The translations under genes were made by a program, and so were the position numbers. DNA of 64,000 nucleotides. Source: an uncultured Nitrososphaerota archaeon. GTDB taxonomy: Archaea > Thermoproteota > Nitrososphaeria > Conexivisphaerales > DTJL01. The stretch covers positions 224,001 through 288,000 of the forward strand of contig CAWJIE010000004.1 of assembly GCA_963842885.1 (NCBI GenBank). The letters run 5' to 3'. Positions 1 through 9,722 of this stretch are shown here, piece by piece. The first letter of the stretch is position 1. Each line of letters begins with the position of its first letter. The notes below the pieces were generated by a model. It worked only from the letters and a program-made list of their open reading frames with translations, was not told the DNA's origin and made no database searches.

Positions 1-554
1 GCATACTTCCTCCCTGTAGGCAGCTCGGAGAGGATCTCACCTATGGTCAGCGGAACCTTCGAATCAAGAGGAGTGAATCTGAACGACGAACGGACGGTGG
101 AGTACTTCAGCGGGGCCTTGACGGCATCGGCGTCGTGTATGCCGATGGCCAGCTTGGCCCTCTTCCTGCCCAGACCGTTGTGAAGGTCCTCCTGCATGGA
201 GATGATCTGCCGTATGGTTTCGTCGTCAAGCTCGACTCCCTTTGCTAGGAGCCCCGCAATGCAGGGTCTGACCTTCTTCACCGAGATGTCCACGCTGAAA
301 ATGACATCGGACTTCAGGAGCCTGTGTCTGGGCACCCCTTTGGCGAGGCCGAAGCTGCCCCTCAGGGACCTGGCGATTCCGTAATCGGTGGAATAGTCCA
401 ACCTGTTGGGGTCATATTCGACTTTGACGGAATCCTCCGAAACCTCCTCTATGTGGAGGCCGAGATGGGGGAGCCTGTCGACGAGCTCCTTGAAGCCCAA
501 GTTGCCCCCGACCAGCGCCTGAAGCCGGTCCTTGCGGAGTGTGATTACGGGCAT
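1..554 (-). CDS. pheT: Phenylalanyl-tRNA synthetase beta subunit, N-terminal part (runs off the window start)
   Basis: Manual translation from ATG at 554: MPVITLRKDRL...KVEYDPNRLDYSTDYGIARSL...MQEDLHNGLGRKRAKLAIGIHD; overlaps the pheS stop. Confidence 0.93.
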   Translation of the reverse strand, partial: MPVITLRKDRLQALVGGNLGFKELVDRLPHLGLHIEEVSEDSVKVEYDPNRLDYSTDYGIARSLRGSFGLAKGVPRHRLLKSDVIFSVDISVKKVRPCIAGLLAKGVELDDETIRQIISMQEDLHNGLGRKRAKLAIGIHDADAVKAPLKYSTVRSSFRFTPLDSKVPLTIGEILSELPTGRKY

Positions 555-2050
555 TGAGGTACCTCCCTAAGCCAGGAGAGCCTATTGCTATAGAAGTCCC
601 GCATGTCGGCTGCGTCGAAGTACAGCATTGCCAGCCTTTCGAGGCCGAATCCCCAAGCTATGACGGGGTTCTTGACGCCTGCGGGAAGGGTGACTTCGGG
701 CCTGAACACCCCCGATCCGCCCAGCTCCAGCCATCTTCCGAGCTTCTCGGAGTAGACCTGAGGCTCCAGCGATGGTTCGGTGTATGGGAAGAAGGAAGGC
801 TGGAACGTGACCTTCTTGAAGCCAAGCCCCTTGAGAAAGGCGGACAGATAGCCCATGAGCAGACGGACGCTGGCGTCCTTCTCCACTACGATTCCTTCTA
901 TCTGGTTGAACTCCATGAGGTGGGTGGAGTTGGCGCTCTCATTCCTGAACACCTTCCCCAGGCTGAAGACCTTTGCTTCTTCACGGGAGTTCTCGGCGAG
1001 GTATCTGATGGTGATGGCCGTGGTGTGGGTCCTCATGACGGACCTCTCCGCTTCTGAGAGCGACCAACGGTACCCCCAGCCCTTCGATCCCAAGTTCCAG
1101 CCGTCCTCATGTACCCTTTTCACCCTGTTGACCAGCGGCGCATTTCCGACGGTGGACTTGACATCCTGCACGTAGAACGTGTCCTGCATCTCACGGGCGG
1201 GGTGCTCCTGAGGTGTGAATAGGGCATCGAACGTCCAGAAACTGGACTGCACAAGAGGCCCGTCCACCTCCTCAAAGCCCATCGCGAGGAGCGTCTCCCT
1301 GACAAGCCTGAGGAAGGTCGCCATGGGGTGCTCCTTTCCCATCGGGAGGATGGGCGAAGATGGTGAGACGTCCAGTTTTGAAAGTCGAACCGACCCAGCG
1401 GCGGCCCTATCCAGCAGCGCGGCGGTGAGGACCACCTCCTCCGCGGTGTCCAGGTTGACTTCCGCCGGCACGCTCAGGAGTTTGACTAGGGCCGCCTTTT
1501 CGTCCTTCTCGGTGAAGTAATCTGGACGCTTGGAAAGGTCACCAAGGATGCGCAACTCATCCGGAGCAAGCGTCTTCTTGTCCGTCGGTCCGGAGGACAG
1601 CTTCTTGAGGAGCGCTTCAGAGGGCTGCATCGGAGGCGAGGCAAGCGGAGATGCGGCCAGGGCCTCACCCTCCTTGCCGATCTTGATCCATCCCAGCTGC
1701 CTGGCCCTGCCCAGAGCCGCGTTGAAGGTCGCTGGCTCCATCTTCAGCTCGGCGTTCAGGTGAGCCAAAGGGAGCGGAGCGCCCTTGGTGGAGAGGAGGC
1801 GTGCGAGACGTGCCTCGGGGAGGCCGTCCGCGGCGATGGCCCTGCCTTCCTTCCCGAGTGTTATGACGGTGCGCGCCTTGACTTCGACATCGACATACCC
1901 CTTGGCCCTGAGCCATTCCACGACACGCCTCAGCTGGTCGATGTTCTCATTCGATTCCCTCGCCAGCTCCTCCAATTCCATGACCTTTCGCCGTAGGAGG
2001 ATTGAGAGAGCCCTCTTCTCGAGGGGATGGAGAGGCGTCTGACTTGACAA
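545..2050 (-). CDS. pheS: Phenylalanyl-tRNA synthetase alpha subunit (archaeal long form)
   Basis: Motifs FDALFTPQEHPAREMQDTFY, RTHTT, FPYTEPS, GFGLERLAM. Confidence 0.97.
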   Translation of the reverse strand: MSSQTPLHPLEKRALSILLRRKVMELEELARESNENIDQLRRVVEWLRAKGYVDVEVKARTVITLGKEGRAIAADGLPEARLARLLSTKGAPLPLAHLNAELKMEPATFNAALGRARQLGWIKIGKEGEALAASPLASPPMQPSEALLKKLSSGPTDKKTLAPDELRILGDLSKRPDYFTEKDEKAALVKLLSVPAEVNLDTAEEVVLTAALLDRAAAGSVRLSKLDVSPSSPILPMGKEHPMATFLRLVRETLLAMGFEEVDGPLVQSSFWTFDALFTPQEHPAREMQDTFYVQDVKSTVGNAPLVNRVKRVHEDGWNLGSKGWGYRWSLSEAERSVMRTHTTAITIRYLAENSREEAKVFSLGKVFRNESANSTHLMEFNQIEGIVVEKDASVRLLMGYLSAFLKGLGFKKVTFQPSFFPYTEPSLEPQVYSEKLGRWLELGGSGVFRPEVTLPAGVKNPVIAWGFGLERLAMLYFDAADMRDFYSNRLSWLREVPQCP

Positions 2051-2097
2051 GAGAGAATGAATCCACCTCGTTTATGTCATACCTCAATCGTGGGTGC

Positions 2098-3228
2098 CTA
2101 AATAGGCTTCTGTCCCACGAGAGACTTGCTGCGCTCCAACAGCGATTCGGCTTCGGGGGTCATCTCCTCCCTCTTCTCTCGATGTTCTGTCAGGAAGGTT
2201 TCGACGTAGCCGATCGCCTGGAGCTTGCATCCTCCACAGAGGCGGGCCCCAGAGACGCATTCATCGTAGACCGTCTTGACGACTCCTTCGTCGTCTACGA
2301 AATGGTAGAGGTAGAGGTCGTAGACCGGACAGATGTTCGGATTAGCGCCGAGCTTCCTCTGTTCCTCCACCGTGGCCCTCCCGCCCGTGAAGGCGGCGAG
2401 TATCTTCTTTCTGGCTTCCTTGGGCGTGTCCGAAAGGGTCAGCATAGTCATGGGGTCCCTCTTCGACATCTTAGTGTCCCCTTTGAGCGACCTGACCAGC
2501 TTGTGGTATATCGAGGAGGGCGGAATCAAACCCATATCGGCGGCGTGCTTCTGGGCAATATCCCTTGTCAGCCTGATGTGGGGATCCTGGTCGGCGCCGA
2601 CGGGTACGAGGACGGGCTTTGGCCCCCCGAAGATCTTGGTCTCCGGGAGAAGTATGTCCCCCGCTTGGACGAAGGCCGAGAGATAGAGGCCGATGGGCCT
2701 GTCACCGTAGATGGCCTTGAGCGTGTTGAACGTGACGTCGCGGGAGAAGATGAAAGCGAGGTCCTGGACTGCCAAGGAGTCGGATTGCTTGTAGACTACA
2801 GCCCGTTTTGGGTCCAAGCCCAGCGCCAGCAGGTCAGCGACGTTGATGACGGCCATCTTCGAGCTTTCGGCCATGCTCATCCCGTTGTCGCAGTAGGCTT
2901 CGACATCGGCGATTGCGTAGAACGCCGTAGCGCTCTTCGAAAGGGATTGGAAGAAGATTATCTCATCGGCCGTGACCTTGCTGCCGAGGTGGAAGGGGCC
3001 CGTCGGCTTGATGCCGGACATGACGGCGTAGGGCTTTCCAGCCTTCGCAGCGTCCAAGATTCGCTGCAGTTCCCGCTGGCCGAAGATGAACTTCCTTCTC
3101 GCATACCTGTTGCCCTTCAGGGCCTCCGAAAGCTCCTGTGGCATGGGTGAGATGCCGAACTCTTGGTAGAGGCGGTCGTAATCCTTGATGTCGGAAGTGC
3201 CCCATGGGTCGAGGTGAGGTTCTGACAT
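2098..3228 (-). CDS. trpS: Tryptophanyl-tRNA synthetase
   Basis: HIGH-like PTGPFHLGS, PVGADQDPHIRLTRD, KMSK, AFTGGR. Confidence 0.96.
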   Translation of the reverse strand: MSEPHLDPWGTSDIKDYDRLYQEFGISPMPQELSEALKGNRYARRKFIFGQRELQRILDAAKAGKPYAVMSGIKPTGPFHLGSKVTADEIIFFQSLSKSATAFYAIADVEAYCDNGMSMAESSKMAVINVADLLALGLDPKRAVVYKQSDSLAVQDLAFIFSRDVTFNTLKAIYGDRPIGLYLSAFVQAGDILLPETKIFGGPKPVLVPVGADQDPHIRLTRDIAQKHAADMGLIPPSSIYHKLVRSLKGDTKMSKRDPMTMLTLSDTPKEARKKILAAFTGGRATVEEQRKLGANPNICPVYDLYLYHFVDDEGVVKTVYDECVSGARLCGGCKLQAIGYVETFLTEHREKREEMTPEAESLLERSKSLVGQKPI

Positions 3229-3268
3229 TGCTACGGTGAATCCGACAGCCGTCCTGTTGAAAAACTTT

Positions 3269-3766
3269 TCAACGTCCCCCGGAGAGGAGGTGGCCCTCTC
3301 TGTCTATCTCATGGATTCGGATTCGTGTCGAGGAGATCCTGACACCGTCCTCTGCCAACACCAAGGGGACCAGCACGACATGCACCGTCCTGAGGCCCGC
3401 CTTGGCCCTGACTACGTTGGCCTCCATCCCCCGATCGAAGGAATCGGGGGTCACAACCACAGCTTCGACTGCGGGGTCGCTGGCCAGGGGACCGTAGGGC
3501 TCCTGAAGCTGGAAGAGCCTGAAAGGTTCGCCGGCGTGCTTCTTCGCGATGTACTTGGCCACGTTCATGAACCTGTCGTTGTAGTGCTGTTCGGGGGTCT
3601 TACCCAGCGAATGCGCGAGGGCGTCGGAGACGACGCCGACGAGAAGAGTCCGACCTATTTCGAATCCTTCGTCCAGGAGCGCCCTATGGCCCCTGTGAAG
3701 GTAGTCGAAGGTCCCTCCCAGAGCGACGACTTTGAATCTTTTGGAGGCGGCCCGCTTCTTATGCAA
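3269..3766 (-). CDS. coaD: Phosphopantetheine adenylyltransferase (archaeal type)
   Basis: GGTFDYLHRGH, YGP and ISSTRIR motifs. Confidence 0.9.
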   Translation of the reverse strand: MHKKRAASKRFKVVALGGTFDYLHRGHRALLDEGFEIGRTLLVGVVSDALAHSLGKTPEQHYNDRFMNVAKYIAKKHAGEPFRLFQLQEPYGPLASDPAVEAVVVTPDSFDRGMEANVVRAKAGLRTVHVVLVPLVLAEDGVRISSTRIRIHEIDREGHLLSGGR

Positions 3767-3831
3767 GTCCTCTGCAGTAGAGTTAGCAAAACGTCTTTAT
3801 TTTAAACCATTCCCAAGAGGTTGGCGAGCGC

Positions 3832-4725
3832 TTGACCCCAAGGGAATCGTACGTCAACGCAGGCAAGATAGCCTCCGAAGCATTGCGATACGGGGCCGAC
3901 ATGGTGACGGAGGACATGCTGGTCGAGGAGATCTGTGAGAAGGTGGAGGCGAGGATCATCTCCAGAGGGGGATTTCCCGCATTCCCCTGCAACGTATCAC
4001 AGAATTCCGAGGCCGCCCACTATTCGGCTTCCCCAGGCGATGGCCGGAAGATAGAAAGGAACTCCATCGTAAAGGTGGACATCGGGGTCCACGTAGATGG
4101 TTACATCGCCGACACCGCGGTGACGGTTAATTTCAATCCGGCCTTGGAGGACATGGTGTCGGCGAACAGGGCAATCCTGTCGGATGCTTTGAAGACCATC
4201 AGGCGTGATGTGGTCGTGGGCAATGTGGGCGAAGTCGTCGAGACTGAGGCGGGAAGGAGGGGCTACAGGCCCATCTCGAACCTCGCGGGCCACCAGTTGG
4301 ACCAGTACGTCCTCCACGCGGGGGTCTCCATACCAAACGACAGGGAGAGGACTGAAGCGTCTTTCAGGCTGGACACTGCCTACGCCATAGAGCCTTTCCT
4401 CGTGTCCCGGTCCACCCGAGGCTTGGTGATCAACGGCCCCCCGGGTAACATATACAGGCTCGTGAGCAGGAAGCGCAACAAGGACAAGGCCCTAGCCGAC
4501 GCGGCGGAGTTCATCTGGCAGAGCTACAAGAGCCTCCCCTTCAGTTCACGGTGGTTCGTGAAGGGATACGGAGGCGCCAAGGCTGTGATCCTGCTGCAGT
4601 CGATGTTGAAACAGCGGATCGTCATGACCTACCCGGTCCTTGTTACGGCCGACGAGTCTCCGGTCTCTCAGTTCGAACATACGGTCTATGTAGGAGAAAA
4701 CGAGACCACGGTGACGACGCTCTAG
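3832..4725 (+). CDS. map: Methionine aminopeptidase type II
   Basis: AFPCNVS, AAHY, KVDIGVHVDGYIAD, NLAGH, AIEPF, QFEHT. Confidence 0.96.
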   Translation: MTPRESYVNAGKIASEALRYGADMVTEDMLVEEICEKVEARIISRGGFPAFPCNVSQNSEAAHYSASPGDGRKIERNSIVKVDIGVHVDGYIADTAVTVNFNPALEDMVSANRAILSDALKTIRRDVVVGNVGEVVETEAGRRGYRPISNLAGHQLDQYVLHAGVSIPNDRERTEASFRLDTAYAIEPFLVSRSTRGLVINGPPGNIYRLVSRKRNKDKALADAAEFIWQSYKSLPFSSRWFVKGYGGAKAVILLQSMLKQRIVMTYPVLVTADESPVSQFEHTVYVGENETTVTTL

Positions 4726-4916
4726 CTCTTCGGCGGGGCCTCAGCGTAGATGGCAGAAATGGACATGGTAGTGCCGCAGCGCGGGCACTTCCCCACTTCC
4801 TTGACGATGAAATCGCCTTGAGTGAACAGCCTCTTGTTCTTCAAGCCGCACTTAGGACACTCCTCGACGGTGTAGATTATCTGTTTCTGGTGCCTTCCGA
4901 CTTCGGCGCCCATCAA
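4722..4916 (-). CDS. Small zinc-ribbon protein
   Basis: CPKC...CPRC; GGTGA ribosome-binding-like site upstream; lies directly downstream of the DUF1512 gene. Confidence 0.75.
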   Translation of the reverse strand: MMGAEVGRHQKQIIYTVEECPKCGLKNKRLFTQGDFIVKEVGKCPRCGTTMSISAIYAEAPPKS

Positions 4917-4931
4917 TCCACCATCACCGTT

Positions 4932-6062
4932 CTACTGGGCGACGCCCAGCGTGTTCCCCACCCCGATGATGATGACCTTGCCGTTCTCGGGGATCGTCTG
5001 CTCGACGATCCTGTAGACGGACTTCTGGACTTCGCCGACGGACTCCGATATCTCCTTCTTCATGGCGCCGATGGCCTCGATGAGGGACTCCTTCACGATG
5101 ATGGCGTAAAGCGGGATCCCCTTCTTGTACGCCACTTCTTCTATCTTGAATTTCTCAACACCATAGCCCCCTATGGCCGCGCCGACGCCTTCGGCGACCT
5201 CCCCCGTCTTCTCTCCCTCCATCTTGAGGGCGGCGTCAATCATTATGATGGCTTTGGCGTCGCTGTGCTCTCCGTCGAGGATCTTGATCAGAGCGTCGTC
5301 CAGCTCGCCCAACGAGCCCTTCGGCCCCTCGGCCTTGATTAGGATTACCTTCCTGCTCTTGTAGTCCGTCTCCGCCAGCATGGTGTCCCTTTCCACCTGG
5401 GTCTTCGGCCTGTCCTTCATCAGGAGGCCGACGCTCATTGCCCCGATTCCGTCGCCCAGCGGTTGGCCCTGTTCGACCGCGCCCATAGACGAAACCAGCG
5501 CATCGGCCTGCTTCAGGAGCGTGGGCAAGATCATCTGGAGCTGGTAGATCAGATAGAAATTGGAAGACTTCTTCCCCAGAAGGTAAAAATGACGCACAAT
5601 CTTGTATACCTGATTCATGGCGGCGGCGACGCCGGCCATGTTCTCGATGACGCTGCGCTCGACGTCGCTAATGTTGGGCATGAGTTGCACCACTTCATCT
5701 CTGATACGGTCGTCTTGGGTCGTCAGGATATGGTCCAGCTTCTTGACGACGCCGCTGGGGTCCATGCTGACGGGCTGAATCATGAAGTATTCAAGGAAGT
5801 CGTCCATCTTCTTTGGGGCGTCCATGTTGCCAGGGGCCCTCTTCGTGACGTAACCCAGCAGGGTCTGCTTGGACTTGTCTCTGAGCACGCTCAGACGCGC
5901 GAGACTCCTGCTCACGTCTCCTGCGTACTGCATACTCAGCAGGCGCTGGCCGAACACCATATAGATGAAAAGCGGACCTATGATGAATGCGATTTGCAAC
6001 CCTAGGTTAGTCACGGATCCAATTGGGATCTGGAAAGGAATCGGCGTAGCAAACACGTCCAA
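4932..6062 (-). CDS. DUF1512-family membrane-anchored protein
   Basis: N-terminal TM helix; motifs IQPVSMDPSG, YKIVRHFY, GDGIG, IIMIDAALK, GVGNTLG. Confidence 0.85.
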   Translation of the reverse strand: MDVFATPIPFQIPIGSVTNLGLQIAFIIGPLFIYMVFGQRLLSMQYAGDVSRSLARLSVLRDKSKQTLLGYVTKRAPGNMDAPKKMDDFLEYFMIQPVSMDPSGVVKKLDHILTTQDDRIRDEVVQLMPNISDVERSVIENMAGVAAAMNQVYKIVRHFYLLGKKSSNFYLIYQLQMILPTLLKQADALVSSMGAVEQGQPLGDGIGAMSVGLLMKDRPKTQVERDTMLAETDYKSRKVILIKAEGPKGSLGELDDALIKILDGEHSDAKAIIMIDAALKMEGEKTGEVAEGVGAAIGGYGVEKFKIEEVAYKKGIPLYAIIVKESLIEAIGAMKKEISESVGEVQKSVYRIVEQTIPENGKVIIIGVGNTLGVAQ

Positions 6063-6221
6063 TGAGGTTGGTATTAAAGCATTATTTTAAGCTATTACGT
6101 GTTCCATGCCCGTAGTCCTCCGCCCATCGATCCTCTCGCCGCCAGGCTCCATCCGTTCAACGCGGTCGTCCTGTCTTTGGATGGTCGGTGGGGAATGGCT
6201 GCCACTGAGGGTGAACAAGTA

Positions 6222-6339
6222 GGCGCCGGCACCACTGCTTCGCGAGAGCTCGCGCATCTCACTAGCACAGCGGCGGTGACGGGTTTAACTTCTGGGTTCG
6301 GAATGGGACCAGGTGGGACCCCGTCCCTATGGCCGGCTA
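6222..6339 (-). rRNA. rrf: 5S rRNA (stand-alone)
   Basis: Reverse complement GCCGGCCATAGGGACGGGG...CCCATTCCGAACCCAGAAGTTAAACCCGTC...GTGCCGGC; terminal GCCGGC stem, about 118 nt. Confidence 0.95.
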
Positions 6340-6473
6340 ACCAGACCCACATCATGATATGGTAATTAACCTTTGCGCCCGTCGTACGATGAGACCTGGA
6401 CCGAAAAGGCGGGACACCCTCCCGTAACGCTTTTCAATGGAGTTCAATCACCACAAAGGATGCTGGGCGGGTT

Positions 6474-6642
6474 GGGAGCGTCGTCCAGCTTGGCAGTTCG
6501 CAGACAGGATGCCCTGGATAGGTAGGACGGCAGGCTCCAGAGGATTGCTACAGGTTCGCTGATCCCAGGAATGGGGATGATGTACATCTGGAGCACCGGG
6601 GGAACCTGTAGGCCGTGGGTTCAAGTCCCACCGCTCCCACCA
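6474..6642 (+). tRNA. trnW: tRNA-Trp(CCA) with a canonical 37/38 intron (6541-6603) and a ~29-nt D-loop insertion; CCA end encoded
   Basis: Acceptor stem GGGAGCG/CGCTCCC; anticodon arm GCAGG-CT-CCA-G|A-CCTGT; T arm GTGGG-TTCAAGT-CCCAC. Confidence 0.92.
6541..6603 (+). ncRNA. Box C/D guide RNA encoded in the tRNA-Trp intron
   Basis: CTGA box preceded by CTACAGGTTC (complementary to GAACCTGTAG at 6602-6611); ATGATG box; TCTGGAGC complementary to the anticodon loop GCTCCAGA. Confidence 0.85.
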
Positions 6643-7138
6643 CTCTCAGCTGATTAGCTGCGAGCATCGCGCTTGGGGGTCGTCCGTGAAGCGACCGCGG
6701 CGGGTCGAAGAAGACGTATTTTCCACAGTCGCTTGCTCGATGCGGAGAATCGGTATGGCTGTCGACGATAGAGACAAGAAGCTGCTGGAAGCATTTTGGC
6801 GCGGTATTCCAGCAGAAGAGAATCACAGGAACGGCGGGGAGTTCGTAAACAGACAGACCCAGCCTTCCTATGGCAAGGGCCCTCGAGCCACATCCTGATG
6901 TCTCTCTGACTTCGCAGAATCACCCCACACTTGGAATGTTGATGAAAGATGGGCTAGCGACGGCCAGCTATGATGCGGCAGGAGCCCCACCGACTGCTGA
7001 AGGCCCAATGTTCATATTGCGGAGGCGGGATACTTCCCAAGCTGACCTCGGCGTGAATTCGTGCATGGCTTCAGTGGCCTGCTCTCCGTGCTCAGACTTT
7101 ATTGCCCACGATCGAGGGGCACGCGCAGGAGAACCCTG

Positions 7139-8764
7139 ATGAGACTGATAGATGTGTGGCGCCTGAGCCGGATTCCCTACGGAGAGGTCGCATACAGGTC
7201 GATAGCGCAGACTCGCAACGGGATGTGGTGGGGCTCCTTCGGCAAGAGAGACCCCGAGAAGGCCATGCAGAGCGACGCCGAGTTCATCCTAAGGGCTCTC
7301 AGAATAGCCAGATTCGACAAGGTCGTCGTAGGGGTCGTGAGCGTCTTTGCTTCGCTTCTGCCTTTCTGGTGGTCTCTCTCTGGCTCGACAGCGAATTCCA
7401 TTGCGGGGGCCGTTTCGCTTAGCCTTGCGACCTCCTTCGCGTTCGTGATGCTCTACGCTGTGCAGACTCTGTCCTCCTTCCTGAGCGCCGAGTCATGGAC
7501 TTGCCTGTCAACACTGCCCTTGGCGAAGCAGGACCTGTCCATGATTACGTTGTTTTCATTCGTGAGGACCGTCGATTACATGGTCTTGGGGGCCGTCGCG
7601 AGCCAAGTGATAGTCGTGGCCTTCCTGACGGCATCTCTCTTCGCAGCTGCCGCCACGCTCCTTGCCTCGGCTGTGAACATGCTTCTCGCGGTGACGCTCT
7701 CCCTCTGGTTCTCGAGGCTCTTCTACGGAAACATGGCGAGGGGAGGGAGGTCCAGACGTGGTACCTTGCTTCGAATCGCCTTCCTAGGCCTCTGGGGGCT
7801 GCTCCTGGTCAGCTTGGGGTTCCTCTTCAGCGCGGCGAGCTACTTGATGCCGTACCTGAACAACGTGCTCATCGGTGGAGAGCATGGGATCGGCTCCGCT
7901 CTGGCGGCCGTGTATCCCTTCTCCTTGGCCATCGTAGTCGCCGGCTCGACCGGTCCCGGGGTGGCTTCTCCTCTCCTTGCCACCGCGCTCGTCGCCGCGG
8001 CGTTCTACGCTGGGCTCTCCGCTTACCTTCTGAGATGGAGCCTGGGGAGGATAAGGGAGATGTCCCAGGCTTCTGGGATCTCCCATCATTTCGCCAAGGC
8101 TGGGGATTTCCTTCTCAGGGTGCGGAGCCCCCTGTTCGGATATGTCTGGAAGGATCTGAGGGCGTCATCTCGGAACCCGGCGACGGCCTTCTTCTACGCA
8201 CTGCCCGTGTTCGAGACCGTCGTTGTGCTCCTGTCAACCATGAGCCTGCCGGTCTTGAGGGCCTCCATAGTCCTCGTCGCGACGGCCATGGGAGGGGCCT
8301 TTACGCTTTTCATGCCGCTCGGACTTCTGAACGCGGAGGGAGGTGGGCTTTCATATACGATAGGCCTACCCGTGAAGGTGTCGACCATCGTCTCGGCAAA
8401 GGCGGTGATATCGACGCTCGCGTTCCTTCCAGTCCCGCTCGTCATGGTGGCGCTGGCGTTGTTCAGGCCCGTCACCTCGTCATTTATCCTCCTCTTGCCG
8501 CTTGTAGTGGTGGCGTCCGCGGCCGCTGGGAGCCTCGTAGAAGTATGGCTCTTCCTGGGTGTCTCGGCTGAGACAAGGACTTCTGCAGTGCTTCATGACA
8601 TGGTCCGGCTCCTGGCGGGGGTCTCCTTGATGCTCTTGCCGGAGCTGGCCTATGCGGGAGCTTACATCGTGTCCTTCGACCATGCTCTGTCTGTGTTGGC
8701 CGGTGCCGCGATTGCGGCCTTCGAGCTTGGGGCCGTGGTGCTGCTGGTCAGGCACCCTCGGTGA
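7139..8764 (+). CDS. Polytopic membrane protein, ABC-2/exporter permease-like
   Basis: About 12 TM segments in two repeats (LSTLP / KDLR..SRNP / GLP motifs); ATG at 7139. Confidence 0.75.
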   Translation: MRLIDVWRLSRIPYGEVAYRSIAQTRNGMWWGSFGKRDPEKAMQSDAEFILRALRIARFDKVVVGVVSVFASLLPFWWSLSGSTANSIAGAVSLSLATSFAFVMLYAVQTLSSFLSAESWTCLSTLPLAKQDLSMITLFSFVRTVDYMVLGAVASQVIVVAFLTASLFAAAATLLASAVNMLLAVTLSLWFSRLFYGNMARGGRSRRGTLLRIAFLGLWGLLLVSLGFLFSAASYLMPYLNNVLIGGEHGIGSALAAVYPFSLAIVVAGSTGPGVASPLLATALVAAAFYAGLSAYLLRWSLGRIREMSQASGISHHFAKAGDFLLRVRSPLFGYVWKDLRASSRNPATAFFYALPVFETVVVLLSTMSLPVLRASIVLVATAMGGAFTLFMPLGLLNAEGGGLSYTIGLPVKVSTIVSAKAVISTLAFLPVPLVMVALALFRPVTSSFILLLPLVVVASAAAGSLVEVWLFLGVSAETRTSAVLHDMVRLLAGVSLMLLPELAYAGAYIVSFDHALSVLAGAAIAAFELGAVVLLVRHPR

Positions 8765-8904
8765 GCTCGAATAGCTTCAGGTCGGAAGGACACATGAAGC
8801 CTCACCAGCCAGCATTGAGAGAGCCCAAGGCTTGAGTGAGGGTTCTTCTATCTCCGAGCGATTCGGACGCCTTCACGACACATAAATAGGGGTAGGCCTC
8901 AATT

Positions 8905-9312
8905 ATGACCGATATGCGCCTAGGGATGTTCCTAGCGGGGATGATTCTGCTTCTCGTAGGGGGATTCGCGGGAATGACGGGCTACCTTTACCTCTCTTCG
9001 AGCGGGACCTCCTTTCAGCAGGTCCTGTCATCCCTCCCGCCGGACCTGAGCACAACCGTCGGCCTGATGACCGTCGCGTCGGCAGGAGGAGCTGTGGTGG
9101 CGCTCATAGGGTTAGGCCTGATCGTCGGAGGGGCTGCCAGCAGGTACACGATAAGGTCGGCTGACCCGTTGGTTCTGAAGTCGTTGACCGAGAAGGAACC
9201 GGTACCCACCCCCAATGGGTATCCCGAAAATGTCGTCTTCTGTCAGAGCTGCGGACGACCAGTGAACATGAGCGATGAGTTCTGCGCCGTGTGCGGAGCC
9301 AAGGTCCGCTGA
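8905..9312 (+). CDS. Two-TM membrane protein with C-terminal zinc ribbon
   Basis: FCQSCG...FCAVCG; TATA-like ATAAATA about 23 bp upstream. Confidence 0.8.
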   Translation: MTDMRLGMFLAGMILLLVGGFAGMTGYLYLSSSGTSFQQVLSSLPPDLSTTVGLMTVASAGGAVVALIGLGLIVGGAASRYTIRSADPLVLKSLTEKEPVPTPNGYPENVVFCQSCGRPVNMSDEFCAVCGAKVR

Positions 9313-9350
9313 TCCTTCCGACTCAGAAGAGATGCACATGAGGACGGCAG

Positions 9351-9578
9351 ATGTTGTTGCCCCGTAAGATTCCTCGGCCAACGCTGCGCCTCAAGACATA
9401 CAACGTAGTCCGCTGCCCCCACTGCAAGTTCGTCCAGGGAATACGAAAACAAGCGTCCTGCAAGTCCTGCGGGAGAAAGCTTGATGCCTCCAAGCTCCAG
9501 GTGCTTGGATCCACCAACAAGGTCACTGACCTCCCGCAGCTCGTTAGGAGCGTCAAGGAGTCCCTGGCCCTAAAGTAG
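9351..9578 (+). CDS. Zinc-ribbon protein, DUF1922-like (start uncertain)
   Basis: YNVVRCPHC...CKSCGRKL. Confidence 0.65.
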   Translation: MLLPRKIPRPTLRLKTYNVVRCPHCKFVQGIRKQASCKSCGRKLDASKLQVLGSTNKVTDLPQLVRSVKESLALK

Positions 9579-9722
9579 CGTCATGGTTTCAGAACCTCCC
9601 AAGGGGTTGGAAGGGTCCGCCGAACCCAATAGGCTTATCATCGGCGGCGACGATTGCGCAGGATACACGGCGTCGGGTCGATGCGTGCCACTGAGAAACC
9701 GAGAAGGCCTCCGAAGAGGGCC

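Noticed and set aside
6650-7130. Short ORFs or an integrated element downstream of tRNA-Trp
   Set aside because: No recognisable protein motif, no integrase and no duplicated tRNA 3' end seen
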